Positions 21,132 through 31,305 of a stretch of 64,000 nucleotides of DNA are shown here, one piece after another; position 1 is the stretch's first letter, and each line of letters opens with the position of its first letter. The DNA is from Methanomicrobiales archaeon (lineage in GTDB: Archaea; Halobacteriota; Methanomicrobia; Methanomicrobiales; Methanospirillaceae). Made by a program: the position numbers and the translations under genes. The notes beneath the pieces were generated by a model, which ran no database searches, had not been told where the DNA came from, and saw only the letters and a program-made list of their open reading frames with translations. The stretch is taken from NCBI GenBank assembly GCA_037137755.1, contig JBAXJR010000007.1, forward strand, positions 1 through 64,000, given 5' to 3'.

Positions 21132-21189
21132 TGCAAATCACTCCCCATAAACTCTTTCTAGTTATTTATCCTTGAATAAATGAAGCTGG

Positions 21190-22146
21190 ATGGTCCTTAC
21201 TGATACCGCAGACAAGATAAAGAGCATGGAGATCAGGGGGGCCGGGCGGATCGCCCGGGCTGCCGCACTCGCTCTGGCAGAGCATGCCGAATCACTTGAT
21301 TCCACAGATATAGCTGTATTTTCCGGTGAGATGAAGCGGTCAGCGGACTTTATGGCAGGGACAAGGCCAACCGCCGTCTCACTCCCGAATGCGGTGAATA
21401 TTGTCATGGCGTCAATAGCCGGGGCGACATCAGTGGCTGAAGCAAAAATGGCGATCGGTTCGAAAGCCCGTGAATTTGTCAATTCCTCGAACCAGGCGGT
21501 CGAACGCATCGGGAAAATCGGGGCCCGCCACATCAGGGACGGGGACGTAATCCTCACGCATTGTAATTCCGAGGCCGCACTCGCCTGTCTTATCGAGGCA
21601 AAAAGGAGCGGCAAGGATTTTTCCGTTTTTGCCACGGAAGTAAGGCCAAGGAACCAGGGACTCCTTACCATTCGCGTGCTCAACGAAGCAGGGATCAAAA
21701 CGAATTTTATTGTCGATTCCGCCGTCAGATCGTTTATCAGCGATATCGACCTGGTGATAACCGGTGCCGATGCAGTAACCGTGAATGGTGCGGTAGTCAA
21801 CAAGATCGGGACCTCCCAGATTGCACTTGCCGCCCACGAAGCACGGACGAACTTCGTCGTCGCCGCAGAGACCTACAAATTCGCGCCAAGGACGATCCTT
21901 GGAGAATTAATCGAGATCGAAGAGCGTCCGGCAGGTGAAGTGCTCCCGGACGAGATTGCGAAAAGCCTCCCGTATGTAACCGTGAGGAACCCCGTCTTTG
22001 ACGTGACCCCCGCGGAGTACGTTGACCTGATTATAACTGAAGCCGGGGCAATCCCCCCCCAGATGGCCTATATTATTATCCGCGATTACCTCGGCTGGGA
22101 CATATCGGAATTCGGGAAGGAATTTGATATCGACCACCACGATTAG
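21190..22146 (+). CDS. Ribose-1,5-bisphosphate isomerase (eIF-2B family)
   Basis: MEIRGAG, TRPTAVSL, LTHCNS, GADAV, NKIGT, NPVFDVTP; adjacent to RuBisCO. Confidence 0.9.
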   Translation: MVLTDTADKIKSMEIRGAGRIARAAALALAEHAESLDSTDIAVFSGEMKRSADFMAGTRPTAVSLPNAVNIVMASIAGATSVAEAKMAIGSKAREFVNSSNQAVERIGKIGARHIRDGDVILTHCNSEAALACLIEAKRSGKDFSVFATEVRPRNQGLLTIRVLNEAGIKTNFIVDSAVRSFISDIDLVITGADAVTVNGAVVNKIGTSQIALAAHEARTNFVVAAETYKFAPRTILGELIEIEERPAGEVLPDEIAKSLPYVTVRNPVFDVTPAEYVDLIITEAGAIPPQMAYIIIRDYLGWDISEFGKEFDIDHHD

Positions 22147-22158
22147 GAGATAACCAGC

Positions 22159-23358
22159 ATGTCAGATGTCATTGCATCATACTATTTCAGGCCCCGGGTG
22201 GACACCACTCCCGAAGAGGCAGCCCAGGCCCTTGCCGATGAAGAGACCACCGGTACATGGACCGGTATAACCACACGGATGGAATATGTGAAACATCTTG
22301 ACGGTTCTGTGCTTGATGTAACACCTTCAGGCAGGGGATATATCACCCGGATCAGTTACCCTGCAGATGTCTTTGAGCCGGGGAACGTCCCTCAGTACCT
22401 TTCAGTCGTTGCCGGGAACCTTTTCGGCCTGTCGAGGCTTGAAGTAGTGAGGTTCCTTGATTTCTCACTCCCTGACAGCCTCGTTCCGTTCAGGGGGCCA
22501 AAATACGGGATCCCTGGCGTACGCCGGATGACGGGTACAACGAAGCGGCCTCATGTCGGGACTATTATAAAACCGAAAGTGGGGCTAACGCCGGATGATA
22601 CCGCCGCGGTTGCCTACCAGGCAGCAATTGGCGGGGTTGACCTCATTAAGGACGATGAGACCCTTACCGACCAGAAATTCTGCCCGATAGAAGAACGTCT
22701 GCCGAAAGTAATGGCGAAACTTGAGGAGGCCAGGGATGAGACCGGTCATCTGGTCCTCTACGCGGTCAATATTACAACCCGGGGGGACAAGATAGTCGAA
22801 CGTGCAGAACACGCCATTGAACTTGGGGCGAATATGATCATGATCGACGTGATTACCGCCGGGTTTGGTGCACTCCAGGCGCTTGGGGAAGCACCCGGAA
22901 TTAGGGTCCCGATCCATGTCCACCGGACGATGCATGCCGCAATGACAAGAAACCCCGAACATGGTATCGCCATGAGGCCCCTTGCACGGCTGGTCCGGAT
23001 GCTTGGCGGGGACCAGCTCCATACCGGGACCGTGAGCGGGAAGATGGCCCATGCCGCTGAAGAAGTGATAGGTGACAACCGGGTACTGACCGAACAGGCA
23101 TTCGGGATGCAACCAACATTCCCGGTTTCAAGCGGGGGGCTTCACCCCGGGAAGGTCGAAAAGGAACTCTCCACCCTCGGTACTGACATTATCCTCCAGG
23201 CGGGAGGGGGTATCCATGGGCATCCCTCAGGGACCGCCGCAGGGGCCCGGGCGATGCGGCAGGCAGTCGATGCGTTCATGGCAGGTATTCCTGCCAGGGA
23301 ATATGCAAAGGATCACTTTGAACTGGAGCAAGCCCTCAAATTATGGGGGACCAACTAA
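22159..23358 (+). CDS. rbcL: RuBisCO large subunit, archaeal form III
   Basis: GTIIKPKVG, DLIKDDE, HVHRTMH, HTGT..GK, SGG, GGGIHGHP. Confidence 0.9.
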   Translation: MSDVIASYYFRPRVDTTPEEAAQALADEETTGTWTGITTRMEYVKHLDGSVLDVTPSGRGYITRISYPADVFEPGNVPQYLSVVAGNLFGLSRLEVVRFLDFSLPDSLVPFRGPKYGIPGVRRMTGTTKRPHVGTIIKPKVGLTPDDTAAVAYQAAIGGVDLIKDDETLTDQKFCPIEERLPKVMAKLEEARDETGHLVLYAVNITTRGDKIVERAEHAIELGANMIMIDVITAGFGALQALGEAPGIRVPIHVHRTMHAAMTRNPEHGIAMRPLARLVRMLGGDQLHTGTVSGKMAHAAEEVIGDNRVLTEQAFGMQPTFPVSSGGLHPGKVEKELSTLGTDIILQAGGGIHGHPSGTAAGARAMRQAVDAFMAGIPAREYAKDHFELEQALKLWGTN

Positions 23359-23377
23359 GTATTGGTGAGGTGCATTC

Positions 23378-24199
23378 GTGGAAATAGAATTTACAAAATT
23401 ACATGGCAACGGCAATGATTTCATCCTGATCGATGAGTATGAACGGGTGGTTATTCCCGACCCGATGAAAGGAGAATTTGCCGCTTCATTCTGTGACCGC
23501 CATTTTGGTATCGGGGCAGATGGAGTGCTGTTCCTCTCGAAAGCTGGGACCTCGGGGGACCTGCGGATGCGCCTGTTCCAGCCTGACCAGAGCGAGGCGG
23601 AGATGTGTGGGAACGGGGTTCGTTGTTTCGCAAAATATGCGTATGATCACTCCCTGATTGGTACGAAAGGAGTCATCGGAACAATGGCAGGTCCGATGCC
23701 CGTTGAACTGCATTATTCCGATGAGGATTTCATGGTAAAAGTCCTTATGCCGGAACCGAAATTTGACAGGAAGGACATTCCGGCAACCGGTTCCGGTGAT
23801 TATGAAGAGAAGATTGCAGAGTATGATGTATTTGCAGTGAATACTGGGGTACCTCACGCGATCATTTTTGTTCCTTCGGTTGAGGCAGTTGATATTACTG
23901 CGGTATCACCGGGTGTACGGCACCACAAGACCTTCCCCGCCGGGGCAAATGTCAATTTCGTTGAAAGGACCGGGACCGGTGAGATCCGGATCCGGACCTA
24001 CGAGAGGGGTGTGGAAGATGAGACCCTGTCGTGCGGTACAGGAGCAACCGCATGCGCAGCGGTGGCACATAAACTTGGCTATGCAGGAGAATCTGTCCAT
24101 GTCGAGACTGAAGGGGGTCCGTTGAATATCTACCTCGGAAAGGAGACGTTCATGGAAGGCCCCGCAAGCACCGTGTTTACCGGGACCCTAACATTCTGA
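23378..24199 (+). CDS. dapF: Diaminopimelate epimerase
   Basis: KLHGNGNDF, EMCGNG, TYERG, SCGTG. Confidence 0.95.
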   Translation: MEIEFTKLHGNGNDFILIDEYERVVIPDPMKGEFAASFCDRHFGIGADGVLFLSKAGTSGDLRMRLFQPDQSEAEMCGNGVRCFAKYAYDHSLIGTKGVIGTMAGPMPVELHYSDEDFMVKVLMPEPKFDRKDIPATGSGDYEEKIAEYDVFAVNTGVPHAIIFVPSVEAVDITAVSPGVRHHKTFPAGANVNFVERTGTGEIRIRTYERGVEDETLSCGTGATACAAVAHKLGYAGESVHVETEGGPLNIYLGKETFMEGPASTVFTGTLTF

Positions 24200-24428
24200 T
24201 TTTTTCGCTAATATTGACAGCCTGCATCGTATTGAAAAAGACGAGCTATGTAGACAGGAGGAGTTTCACCCCGTCCCTGTCCCACTCCCATTAAGATATT
24301 CAGTGGGCCCCGATTGGGATAGAGTAAGTTCAATAAATCTCTGTAACTTATTGTGAATCTTGGATATGGGTGATGTTAACATTGTTAACATAATCTTATT
24401 TCTTACAATTCAGTCCTGTTATCCCTGC

Positions 24429-25151
24429 TTAGGTTGATGATTCCTGATCCGGTTCAGGTTCCCTGGTGTTTTGTATTCCGGTTCCGGTTATCACGAAATC
24501 AAAGAAACCCCCTGCAGGGAGTGAACGGTGTTTCATAAGAGTAGCACGGCGCACCGTCCCCTGCTCCCGGTTGAACATGATGATTGCTTTTGATATGTGT
24601 TCGAGCGCCGTACCGCCAAGCCCGGAATAGGCATTTTTTACCACGTCCATGTAGACCTGGTTGGTAACTACCACCGGTATCCGGTACCGCTTTGCAAAAC
24701 CAAGGAGGAGGACGATCTGCCTGGTAAGTTTCTGCATGGCGTCCCTCCCCCTTTCAAGGTTTGTCCGGTATAGTGCGGTTGCAGAATCCACGATGATCAA
24801 GCCTACATTCCGGGTCCTGAGCACGGTATCCATCCCGGAAATCATGACCCCCTGCTGGTCAAAATCAGTTGGTTCGTAAATATAGAGGTGTTCGGCGAGT
24901 GTTGCCGCATCCTCGCCTGCTATCTGCCGGAACCGTTCGATGGAAAACCCTTCGGTATCGATAAAAACGACAGATTTACCTGATACAAGGCAGTTTACCG
25001 CGGCGAGTATGCAGGCAGAGCTCTTTCCGCTTGCCGGTTCTCCAAAGAACTGGGTGATGGTACCTGGTTCGAATCCGCCGTTCAGCAACCGGTCCAGGTC
25101 AGGGCTTCCGCTCGGTACTCTTCCCGGGTCCGTTGGTATCACCTGCCGCAT
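24429..25151 (-). CDS. radB: DNA repair protein RadB (start uncertain, 25151 or 25133)
   Basis: GEPASGKS, IDTEG, VDSAT, TNQVY, basic KHR motif. Confidence 0.88.
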   Translation of the reverse strand: MRQVIPTDPGRVPSGSPDLDRLLNGGFEPGTITQFFGEPASGKSSACILAAVNCLVSGKSVVFIDTEGFSIERFRQIAGEDAATLAEHLYIYEPTDFDQQGVMISGMDTVLRTRNVGLIIVDSATALYRTNLERGRDAMQKLTRQIVLLLGFAKRYRIPVVVTNQVYMDVVKNAYSGLGGTALEHISKAIIMFNREQGTVRRATLMKHRSLPAGGFFDFVITGTGIQNTREPEPDQESST

Positions 25152-26328
25152 GTTCAGGGAGGATCTCCCATGCCCGTTGCTCGATTTGCCTGACAAGTTC
25201 CCTCACGGGAATCCCCAGTTTTTCTGCATGGGTGCGTGTCTCATCAAATTCTGCTTTAAGGGTGTAACACCTTTCCCCGATCCACCCGCATTTTACCGGG
25301 ACTTCTATGGTGGCCCCCCTGATATCGAACCTGACCCTCTCAATCGTTCGCCTCGCGATAAAACGGTGGACCGACGGGGTGCAGCGGACACCGAGCGTAC
25401 CTAGTTCTGAGGCCATCACTCCAGCCAGCCGGACCGAGTCCTCCTCACGACAGATTACCCTGACAAGGTAACCCCCCCTGCCCTTTTTCATGATGCAAGA
25501 AATTGCACTGGCATCCCTCGCCCCTGCCTTCATGAGCACGGATATGGCGTTGCCGATGATCTCCCCGCTGACATCATCAACATTCGTCTCGAGCACGTCA
25601 ACACGGTCCGAGGTGAGTTCACAGTTTTTCTCCAGCAGCACCACCCTGAGGACATTCGGAACCCCGGGGGGGTCCCGGTTTCCTGCCCCGTAGCCGATAC
25701 CGGTAATGTTCACCGGGCCAAGGCGATCCGGATTCATCGTCGCAAATTCTGCGAGGAGGGCAGCTCCGGTTGGCGTGCACAGCTCACCGTCTGCCTGGGT
25801 TCCAGGGAACCATGCGAGCCCTGATCCTTTCAGTATCGCCATGGTAGCTGGTGCCGGGACTGGCATTGTCCCGTGAGCACCGGTTATAGTACCCCCGCCG
25901 GCAGCGACAGGTGTCACCGCAACACCATCCGGTTTCAGGATATCCATTGCTGTACAGGCACCAATCACGTCAGCAATGGCGTCATCAGCACCAACCTCGT
26001 GAAAGTGGACATGGATACCGTGGACCGATTCTTCTGCATCCGATATCCTCCGGAACACCCTGATCGCCATCTCAATTGCAGGCTCCGGTGCCCGGGCACT
26101 CCGTACCCTTGCGATGACCTCATCAAGTGTCCGGGAACTCTTTGTTGCATGGGTCTCTACCCTGATCGCCTGTATTCCCGCCCGGTCTACGATGGAAAAA
26201 GACGGGTCTGAAACAACCGAACGCATTGCTTCCGCCACGGTTTCCCTGTCTGCACCGAGGGAGAGCAGGGCACCGGTGACCATGTCCCCGGCGGCACCAT
26301 GGAACGGTTCAAAGAGAAGATATCGCAT
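25099..26328 (-). CDS. larC: LarC-family nickel insertion protein
   Basis: GAAGDM, HFHEVG..DAI.D, PVPAPAT, ELCTPTGAA, LETNVDD. Confidence 0.9.
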   Translation of the reverse strand: MRYLLFEPFHGAAGDMVTGALLSLGADRETVAEAMRSVVSDPSFSIVDRAGIQAIRVETHATKSSRTLDEVIARVRSARAPEPAIEMAIRVFRRISDAEESVHGIHVHFHEVGADDAIADVIGACTAMDILKPDGVAVTPVAAGGGTITGAHGTMPVPAPATMAILKGSGLAWFPGTQADGELCTPTGAALLAEFATMNPDRLGPVNITGIGYGAGNRDPPGVPNVLRVVLLEKNCELTSDRVDVLETNVDDVSGEIIGNAISVLMKAGARDASAISCIMKKGRGGYLVRVICREEDSVRLAGVMASELGTLGVRCTPSVHRFIARRTIERVRFDIRGATIEVPVKCGWIGERCYTLKAEFDETRTHAEKLGIPVRELVRQIEQRAWEILPEHAAGDTNGPGKSTERKP

Positions 26329-26375
26329 GATTCTAACAGTACATATAAATTCCCGCATATATGATCTTTCTCTGG

Positions 26376-28796
26376 ATGCCTGAAATTCACTTAAAAGTCG
26401 ATAGTGCCTACCCTGGTGACCAGGGAGGCGGAAAGGCCCGGCTTGACCCGGAGACGATGCTGTTTTTAAAAATCTCTCCCGGCGACCTCGTGGCTATCGA
26501 AGGAAAACGAAGGACTGTGGTGAAGGTATGGCGTGCACTGCTAGAAGACTGGAACCAGCATAAAGTCCGGATCGATAATTTTTCGCGGACGAATGCCGGG
26601 GTCAGTATCGGGGACACGATCAAGATCACCAGCCTGAAAGAAGAGATCGAGGCGAAACGGGTCTTGCTTGCCCCCCCCGAAGACCTGCCGAAGAATATCC
26701 AGGTCTCAAACAACCCCCACGTCATCAACAGCCTGATTGATTTCCCTGTTGTAAAAAACGACCAAATCCCGATCATGGTGGGGCTGCCTTTTATCCAGCC
26801 CCAGATTGTTGCGTATAAAGTGGTCGATATTGAGCCCGAACAAGCCGTTATTATCACAAAAAATACCATTATCGAGTTCTCTGAAAAGCCGGCGGCAGGG
26901 TTCGAAGGGCTGAAACGGATCTCCTATGAGGATATCGGTGGTCTCAAGGACGAACTCCAGCGCCTGCGGGAGACTATTGAGCTCCCGATGCGTCACCCCG
27001 AACTGTTCCAGAAACTCGGGATAGAACCACCCAAAGGAGTGTTGTTATACGGGCCCCCCGGGACTGGCAAGACGCTGATTGCGAAGGCCGTTGCGAGCGA
27101 GAGCGGCGCACATTTCATCTCCATCGCCGGGCCGGAAGTGATCTCCAAGTATTACGGGGAGAGCGAACAGCGTCTCCGCGAGGTATTTGAAGAGGCCAGG
27201 GAAAATGCACCCTCGATCATCTTTATCGACGAACTTGACTCTATTACCCCGAGAAGGGAAGAAGTGACCGGGGAGGTCGAACGGCGGGTTGTTGCCCAGC
27301 TGTTAACGATGATGGACGGTCTCGAGGAGCGGGGCCAGGTAGTCGTAATCGGTGCGACGAACCGGATCGATGCGGTTGACCCAGCATTAAGAAGGCCGGG
27401 TAGGTTTGACCGTGAGATCGAGATAGGTGTCCCGAGTGAGCTTGACCGTATAGAGATTATGAAGATCCATACCCGTGGTATGCCGCTTGCCGACGATGTG
27501 AAACTCGAGGACCTGTCACAGCAGACCCACGGTTTTGTGGGTGCCGACCTTGCAGCACTCGCCCGCGAAGCTGCTATCCGGGCGCTCCGCCGGTACCTGC
27601 CTATGATCGACCTGGACGCGAAGGAGATCCCCTCGGAGATCCTCGATACGCTCCAGGTGAAGGCAACCGATTTCAAGGGTGCACTCCGGGACGTAAGCCC
27701 GAGTGCGATGCGTGAGGTTATCATCGAAGTGTCCCATATCCGGTGGCAGGATGTCGGAGGGCTGGAATCTGCCAAAGAGGAAGTCAGGGAAACGGTGGAG
27801 TATCCCCTTACTGACCGGCACCGGTTTGATGACCTCGGGATCCAGCCACCAAAAGGGGTCCTGCTCTATGGGCCTCCCGGTACGGGAAAGACGCTTATCG
27901 CCAAGGCAGTCGCCAATGAAAGCGGTGCGAATTTCATTGCCATCAGGGGTCCTCAACTGCTCTCAAAATACTGGGGGGAAAGTGAACGGGCGGTCCGTGA
28001 AATCTTCAAGAAGGCACGGCAGGTGGCGCCAGCCATCATATTTTTCGATGAGATGGACGCCATTGTCCCGCACCGCGGGGCCAACCAGAACTCCCACCTC
28101 CTTGATAGTGTCCTGAACCAGATCCTCACGGAAATCGACGGGCTGCAGGAATTAAAAGATGTCATTATCATGGGAGCAACAAACAGACCTGACATGATAG
28201 ACCCTGCACTGCTCAGGGCCGGACGATTTGACCGCCTCGTGTATATCGGCGAGCCCCGCCTTGAAGACCGGCAGAAAATTGTGAAAATTTACCTCCTGCA
28301 GATGCCGATCGAAGGGTCTGCCCTCTACGAAGTGATTAATCTCACCGATGGCCTTGATGAACCCGCACTGGAATCCCTGATTGAAAAAATGGGGACGAAT
28401 AAAACGGTCACGCTCAATGAAGCCCGGGCCTTCATCGAATCAATTGAGAAAAAAGAACGGGCTTCACTCGACAGGGGGACGAGAAGAAAAGTCCTGTGGG
28501 AGATGATGAAACAGAACGGTCTCTCCTTTGAAGACCCGAAACTGGATGAATTTATCCGGCAGCTTGCGATAATGACTGAAGGTTACGTTGGATCTGATCT
28601 CGAACTGCTGTGCCGTGAAGCAGGGATGCTTGCACTCCGGGAGAGGAGCAGCGTGGTGACATTGAAACACTTTGAATCGGCAAAGCAGAAGATCCACCCG
28701 ACTATGAACCAGAATATCAGGGAATGGTACAAAAAGATCCAGGACTCCTTCAAAGGCGGCCTGCCAAAGGAAGTGCAGCCACCGGAATACCAGTGA
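26376..28796 (+). CDS. cdc48: CDC48/VCP family AAA+ ATPase
   Basis: N-domain plus two AAA modules (GPPGTGKT x2, RPGRFDR/RAGRFDR). Confidence 0.95.
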   Translation: MPEIHLKVDSAYPGDQGGGKARLDPETMLFLKISPGDLVAIEGKRRTVVKVWRALLEDWNQHKVRIDNFSRTNAGVSIGDTIKITSLKEEIEAKRVLLAPPEDLPKNIQVSNNPHVINSLIDFPVVKNDQIPIMVGLPFIQPQIVAYKVVDIEPEQAVIITKNTIIEFSEKPAAGFEGLKRISYEDIGGLKDELQRLRETIELPMRHPELFQKLGIEPPKGVLLYGPPGTGKTLIAKAVASESGAHFISIAGPEVISKYYGESEQRLREVFEEARENAPSIIFIDELDSITPRREEVTGEVERRVVAQLLTMMDGLEERGQVVVIGATNRIDAVDPALRRPGRFDREIEIGVPSELDRIEIMKIHTRGMPLADDVKLEDLSQQTHGFVGADLAALAREAAIRALRRYLPMIDLDAKEIPSEILDTLQVKATDFKGALRDVSPSAMREVIIEVSHIRWQDVGGLESAKEEVRETVEYPLTDRHRFDDLGIQPPKGVLLYGPPGTGKTLIAKAVANESGANFIAIRGPQLLSKYWGESERAVREIFKKARQVAPAIIFFDEMDAIVPHRGANQNSHLLDSVLNQILTEIDGLQELKDVIIMGATNRPDMIDPALLRAGRFDRLVYIGEPRLEDRQKIVKIYLLQMPIEGSALYEVINLTDGLDEPALESLIEKMGTNKTVTLNEARAFIESIEKKERASLDRGTRRKVLWEMMKQNGLSFEDPKLDEFIRQLAIMTEGYVGSDLELLCREAGMLALRERSSVVTLKHFESAKQKIHPTMNQNIREWYKKIQDSFKGGLPKEVQPPEYQ

Positions 28797-29067
28797 TTTT
28801 TTCCCTGTTTATTCATCAATGGCATTTTTTGGTAGCAGAAAGATAGTCGTTTCAGGACCAGCGGTAGGTAAATTTTTGAATAATTCGAAATCGGCAAAAA
28901 AGAACAGAGCATTTTACAGAGTATTTTTGCTTTATTTCACGGTTCCAGAAAATTACCGGCATTGACATAAGAACCGATCGGGATGCACACGCTGGTACCA
29001 TTCAAATAATGAACACCTATATACCGCAGCGTCAAAATTGTTGTACCAGGACGTGCCGGTTCTTACC

Positions 29068-30597
29068 ATGTCGAATATCACCACCCTCCTCGATGCCAAA
29101 AATGTTCCCGCGGCGAAAGCAGCGTTGATCTGCCCGTCGAGGGATGTTACCATATCATATGGTCTTCTCCGGAGCGAAATGAACCGTATCGCCCTGGGCC
29201 TCTCATCGCTCGGAGTCAGAAAGGGCGATCGGGTGTGCATCTATCTCGACAGCTCCCCCGAGTACCTTATCAGTTATTTTGCGATCTGGCGGATTGGGGG
29301 CATAGCCGTGCCCACGAATATCGCGTACCACGAGGAGGAGCTGCTCCATGCGATTATGGATGCAGGGGCATGTGCCGTTATCACCGATCCACGCGGTGCC
29401 GGTATCATAGGGTGTATCCGGGAACAACATCCCCTGGCATGCCATGTCGTCAGTACCGGTGGCGGTGGTCCCGGGGTGGTGGACTGGGCTTCTTTCCCGG
29501 AGGCACCTGGACAGATGCGGGCAACCAATTGCAGCCTCGATGACCTGTGCCAGCTCCAGTATACTGCCGGAACCACCGGACGGCCGAAAGGAGCAATGCT
29601 CACGCACGGGAACTGGATAACGGCCCTCGATGCGGAATGCGAAGCGCTCCGGATCACACCGGATGACATATATCTCGGTATTTATCCGATGGGTCATGTA
29701 GGGCTTTCCTGGGGGCTTGCCGTGCTCCGTGCCGGGGGCACGTACGTAATGATGGAGCGGTTTGACCTGGAACATTACCTCATCCTTGCCAGCAGGTACA
29801 AGGTTACAATACTTGCGGGTATGCCACCTGTAATCCACTCCCTTGTTCACAGTTGCCCCGGGACCGAGCAACGGCTAGCCGATGCACGCGTGATTATCTC
29901 GGGCGGTGGACAACTCCTGCCAGCTATATGGGAACGTTTCGATCAGCGGTTTCATATTCCGGTCGCGAACTCGTTTGGTCTTTCAGAAACGATAGTAATC
30001 GGGTCAGGTACTACCACCTTACCCGGGTACCCGCATCTCACCCGTGGTTACCAGAGTGTGGGTGTTGCGGTCGGGTACACCGAAGTCATGGTCGTTGACC
30101 CGGATAACCCTGTTTTGGAACTTGGCCTGGGCGAGACCGGGGAGATCGCCCTGCGTGGCCCTTCCGTTGCGAAAGGTTACTGGAATATGCCCGGGGCAAC
30201 AGCAGAGGTCTTTCGGCCGGACGGATGGTTCCTAACCGGAGATATCGGTCACCTTGATGATGAAGGTGTCCTCTTCATTACAGATAGGAAAAAAGACATG
30301 GTCATCATGTCAGGCTGGAAGATCTACCCGACCGAAGTTGAGAATGTTATTATCCAACACCCGGGTATCGCTGATGTTGCGGTCTTTGGTATCCCGGACG
30401 AACGGAAAGGGGAACTACCGGTTGCAGCGGTGATACCCCGTACCGGAACCCTGGTAACCCCGGAAGACCTCGATGAATTCTGTCGCAAACACCTTGCCGG
30501 GTATAAAATTCCAAGGAAGTTCATTGTTACTGATACCCTTCCCCGGGTGAACGGGTGGAAACTGCTCCGTCGTGCTCTTCGGGAGAAGTATGGATAA
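29068..30597 (+). CDS. Acyl-CoA synthetase (AMP-forming, long-chain ligase family)
   Basis: YTAGTTGRPKG, FGLSET, TGDIG, DRKKD. Confidence 0.9.
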   Translation: MSNITTLLDAKNVPAAKAALICPSRDVTISYGLLRSEMNRIALGLSSLGVRKGDRVCIYLDSSPEYLISYFAIWRIGGIAVPTNIAYHEEELLHAIMDAGACAVITDPRGAGIIGCIREQHPLACHVVSTGGGGPGVVDWASFPEAPGQMRATNCSLDDLCQLQYTAGTTGRPKGAMLTHGNWITALDAECEALRITPDDIYLGIYPMGHVGLSWGLAVLRAGGTYVMMERFDLEHYLILASRYKVTILAGMPPVIHSLVHSCPGTEQRLADARVIISGGGQLLPAIWERFDQRFHIPVANSFGLSETIVIGSGTTTLPGYPHLTRGYQSVGVAVGYTEVMVVDPDNPVLELGLGETGEIALRGPSVAKGYWNMPGATAEVFRPDGWFLTGDIGHLDDEGVLFITDRKKDMVIMSGWKIYPTEVENVIIQHPGIADVAVFGIPDERKGELPVAAVIPRTGTLVTPEDLDEFCRKHLAGYKIPRKFIVTDTLPRVNGWKLLRRALREKYG

Positions 30598-30665
30598 TTG
30601 CCCGGGATCCGGAAAAGGCTTATAATCCTATATAAACCAATAATCCATATGGGGGTTTTCCTTCT

Positions 30666-31250
30666 CTGTCCAGGGAAAATAAAAGGACTACTGGTATAAA
30701 CGGTCTGGACCAGGCATTAGAAGGGGGCTTTCCCACGGGGACAACGGTCCTCGCAATGGGTTCAGCAGTCTCCGGAACTGACCTTCTGGCCCGGCAGTTC
30801 TGGCAGTCTGAGGGTGAGGAGGGCACCTACATTATGCTTGACGCGGAGGTGCAGCCCGGGATGATTGACGGCAGGGGTTTTACCGCCGAGGAATTCGTCA
30901 CAAAACTGAACGGGCAGAAACTCGTAATTGATTCTCTCTCCTTATTCATCCTTAAATTCGGTATCGATGCTGCTGTAAAACTTATCCTGTCCCTCCGGGA
31001 TATTGCGGTAAGTCGGAAGGCAAATGTTCTTTTTACCTTCTATCCGGAGCTCCATCCCCGGGTAGAAGAGATCCTTGTCATGAGGACCGTGGATATTATT
31101 CTCGAATTGAAAGAGGTAATCTTCATGAACGAGATCGAACGCCAGCTCGCAGTACACAAAATTACCGGCATGGCGGTCCCGAGACGGCTGATACCGTTTC
31201 TTATCACCGAAAAAGGGATTGAGCTCTCGACGACCTCAAGAGTCGTGTAA
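30666..31250 (+). CDS. RAD55/KaiC-like RecA-fold protein, degenerate Walker A; probable CTG start
   Basis: Frame extends 30 codons upstream of ATG 30756: RTTGINGLDQALEGGFPTG..; VIDSLS; ITEKGI C-terminus. Confidence 0.75.
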   Translation: MSRENKRTTGINGLDQALEGGFPTGTTVLAMGSAVSGTDLLARQFWQSEGEEGTYIMLDAEVQPGMIDGRGFTAEEFVTKLNGQKLVIDSLSLFILKFGIDAAVKLILSLRDIAVSRKANVLFTFYPELHPRVEEILVMRTVDIILELKEVIFMNEIERQLAVHKITGMAVPRRLIPFLITEKGIELSTTSRVV

Positions 31251-31305
31251 TGGTATAATAAAGCCAAAAAAATACTTTAATCTCTCTGTAACCTTAGATT
31301 ACCTG

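Noticed and set aside
21190-23358. RuBisCO in a methanogen as novel carbon fixation
   Set aside because: Form III RuBisCO with R15P isomerase is the established archaeal AMP/nucleoside pathway
28310-28560. About 70 aa insertion after the second AAA module of CDC48
   Set aside because: No intein motifs; looks like a lineage-specific helical insert
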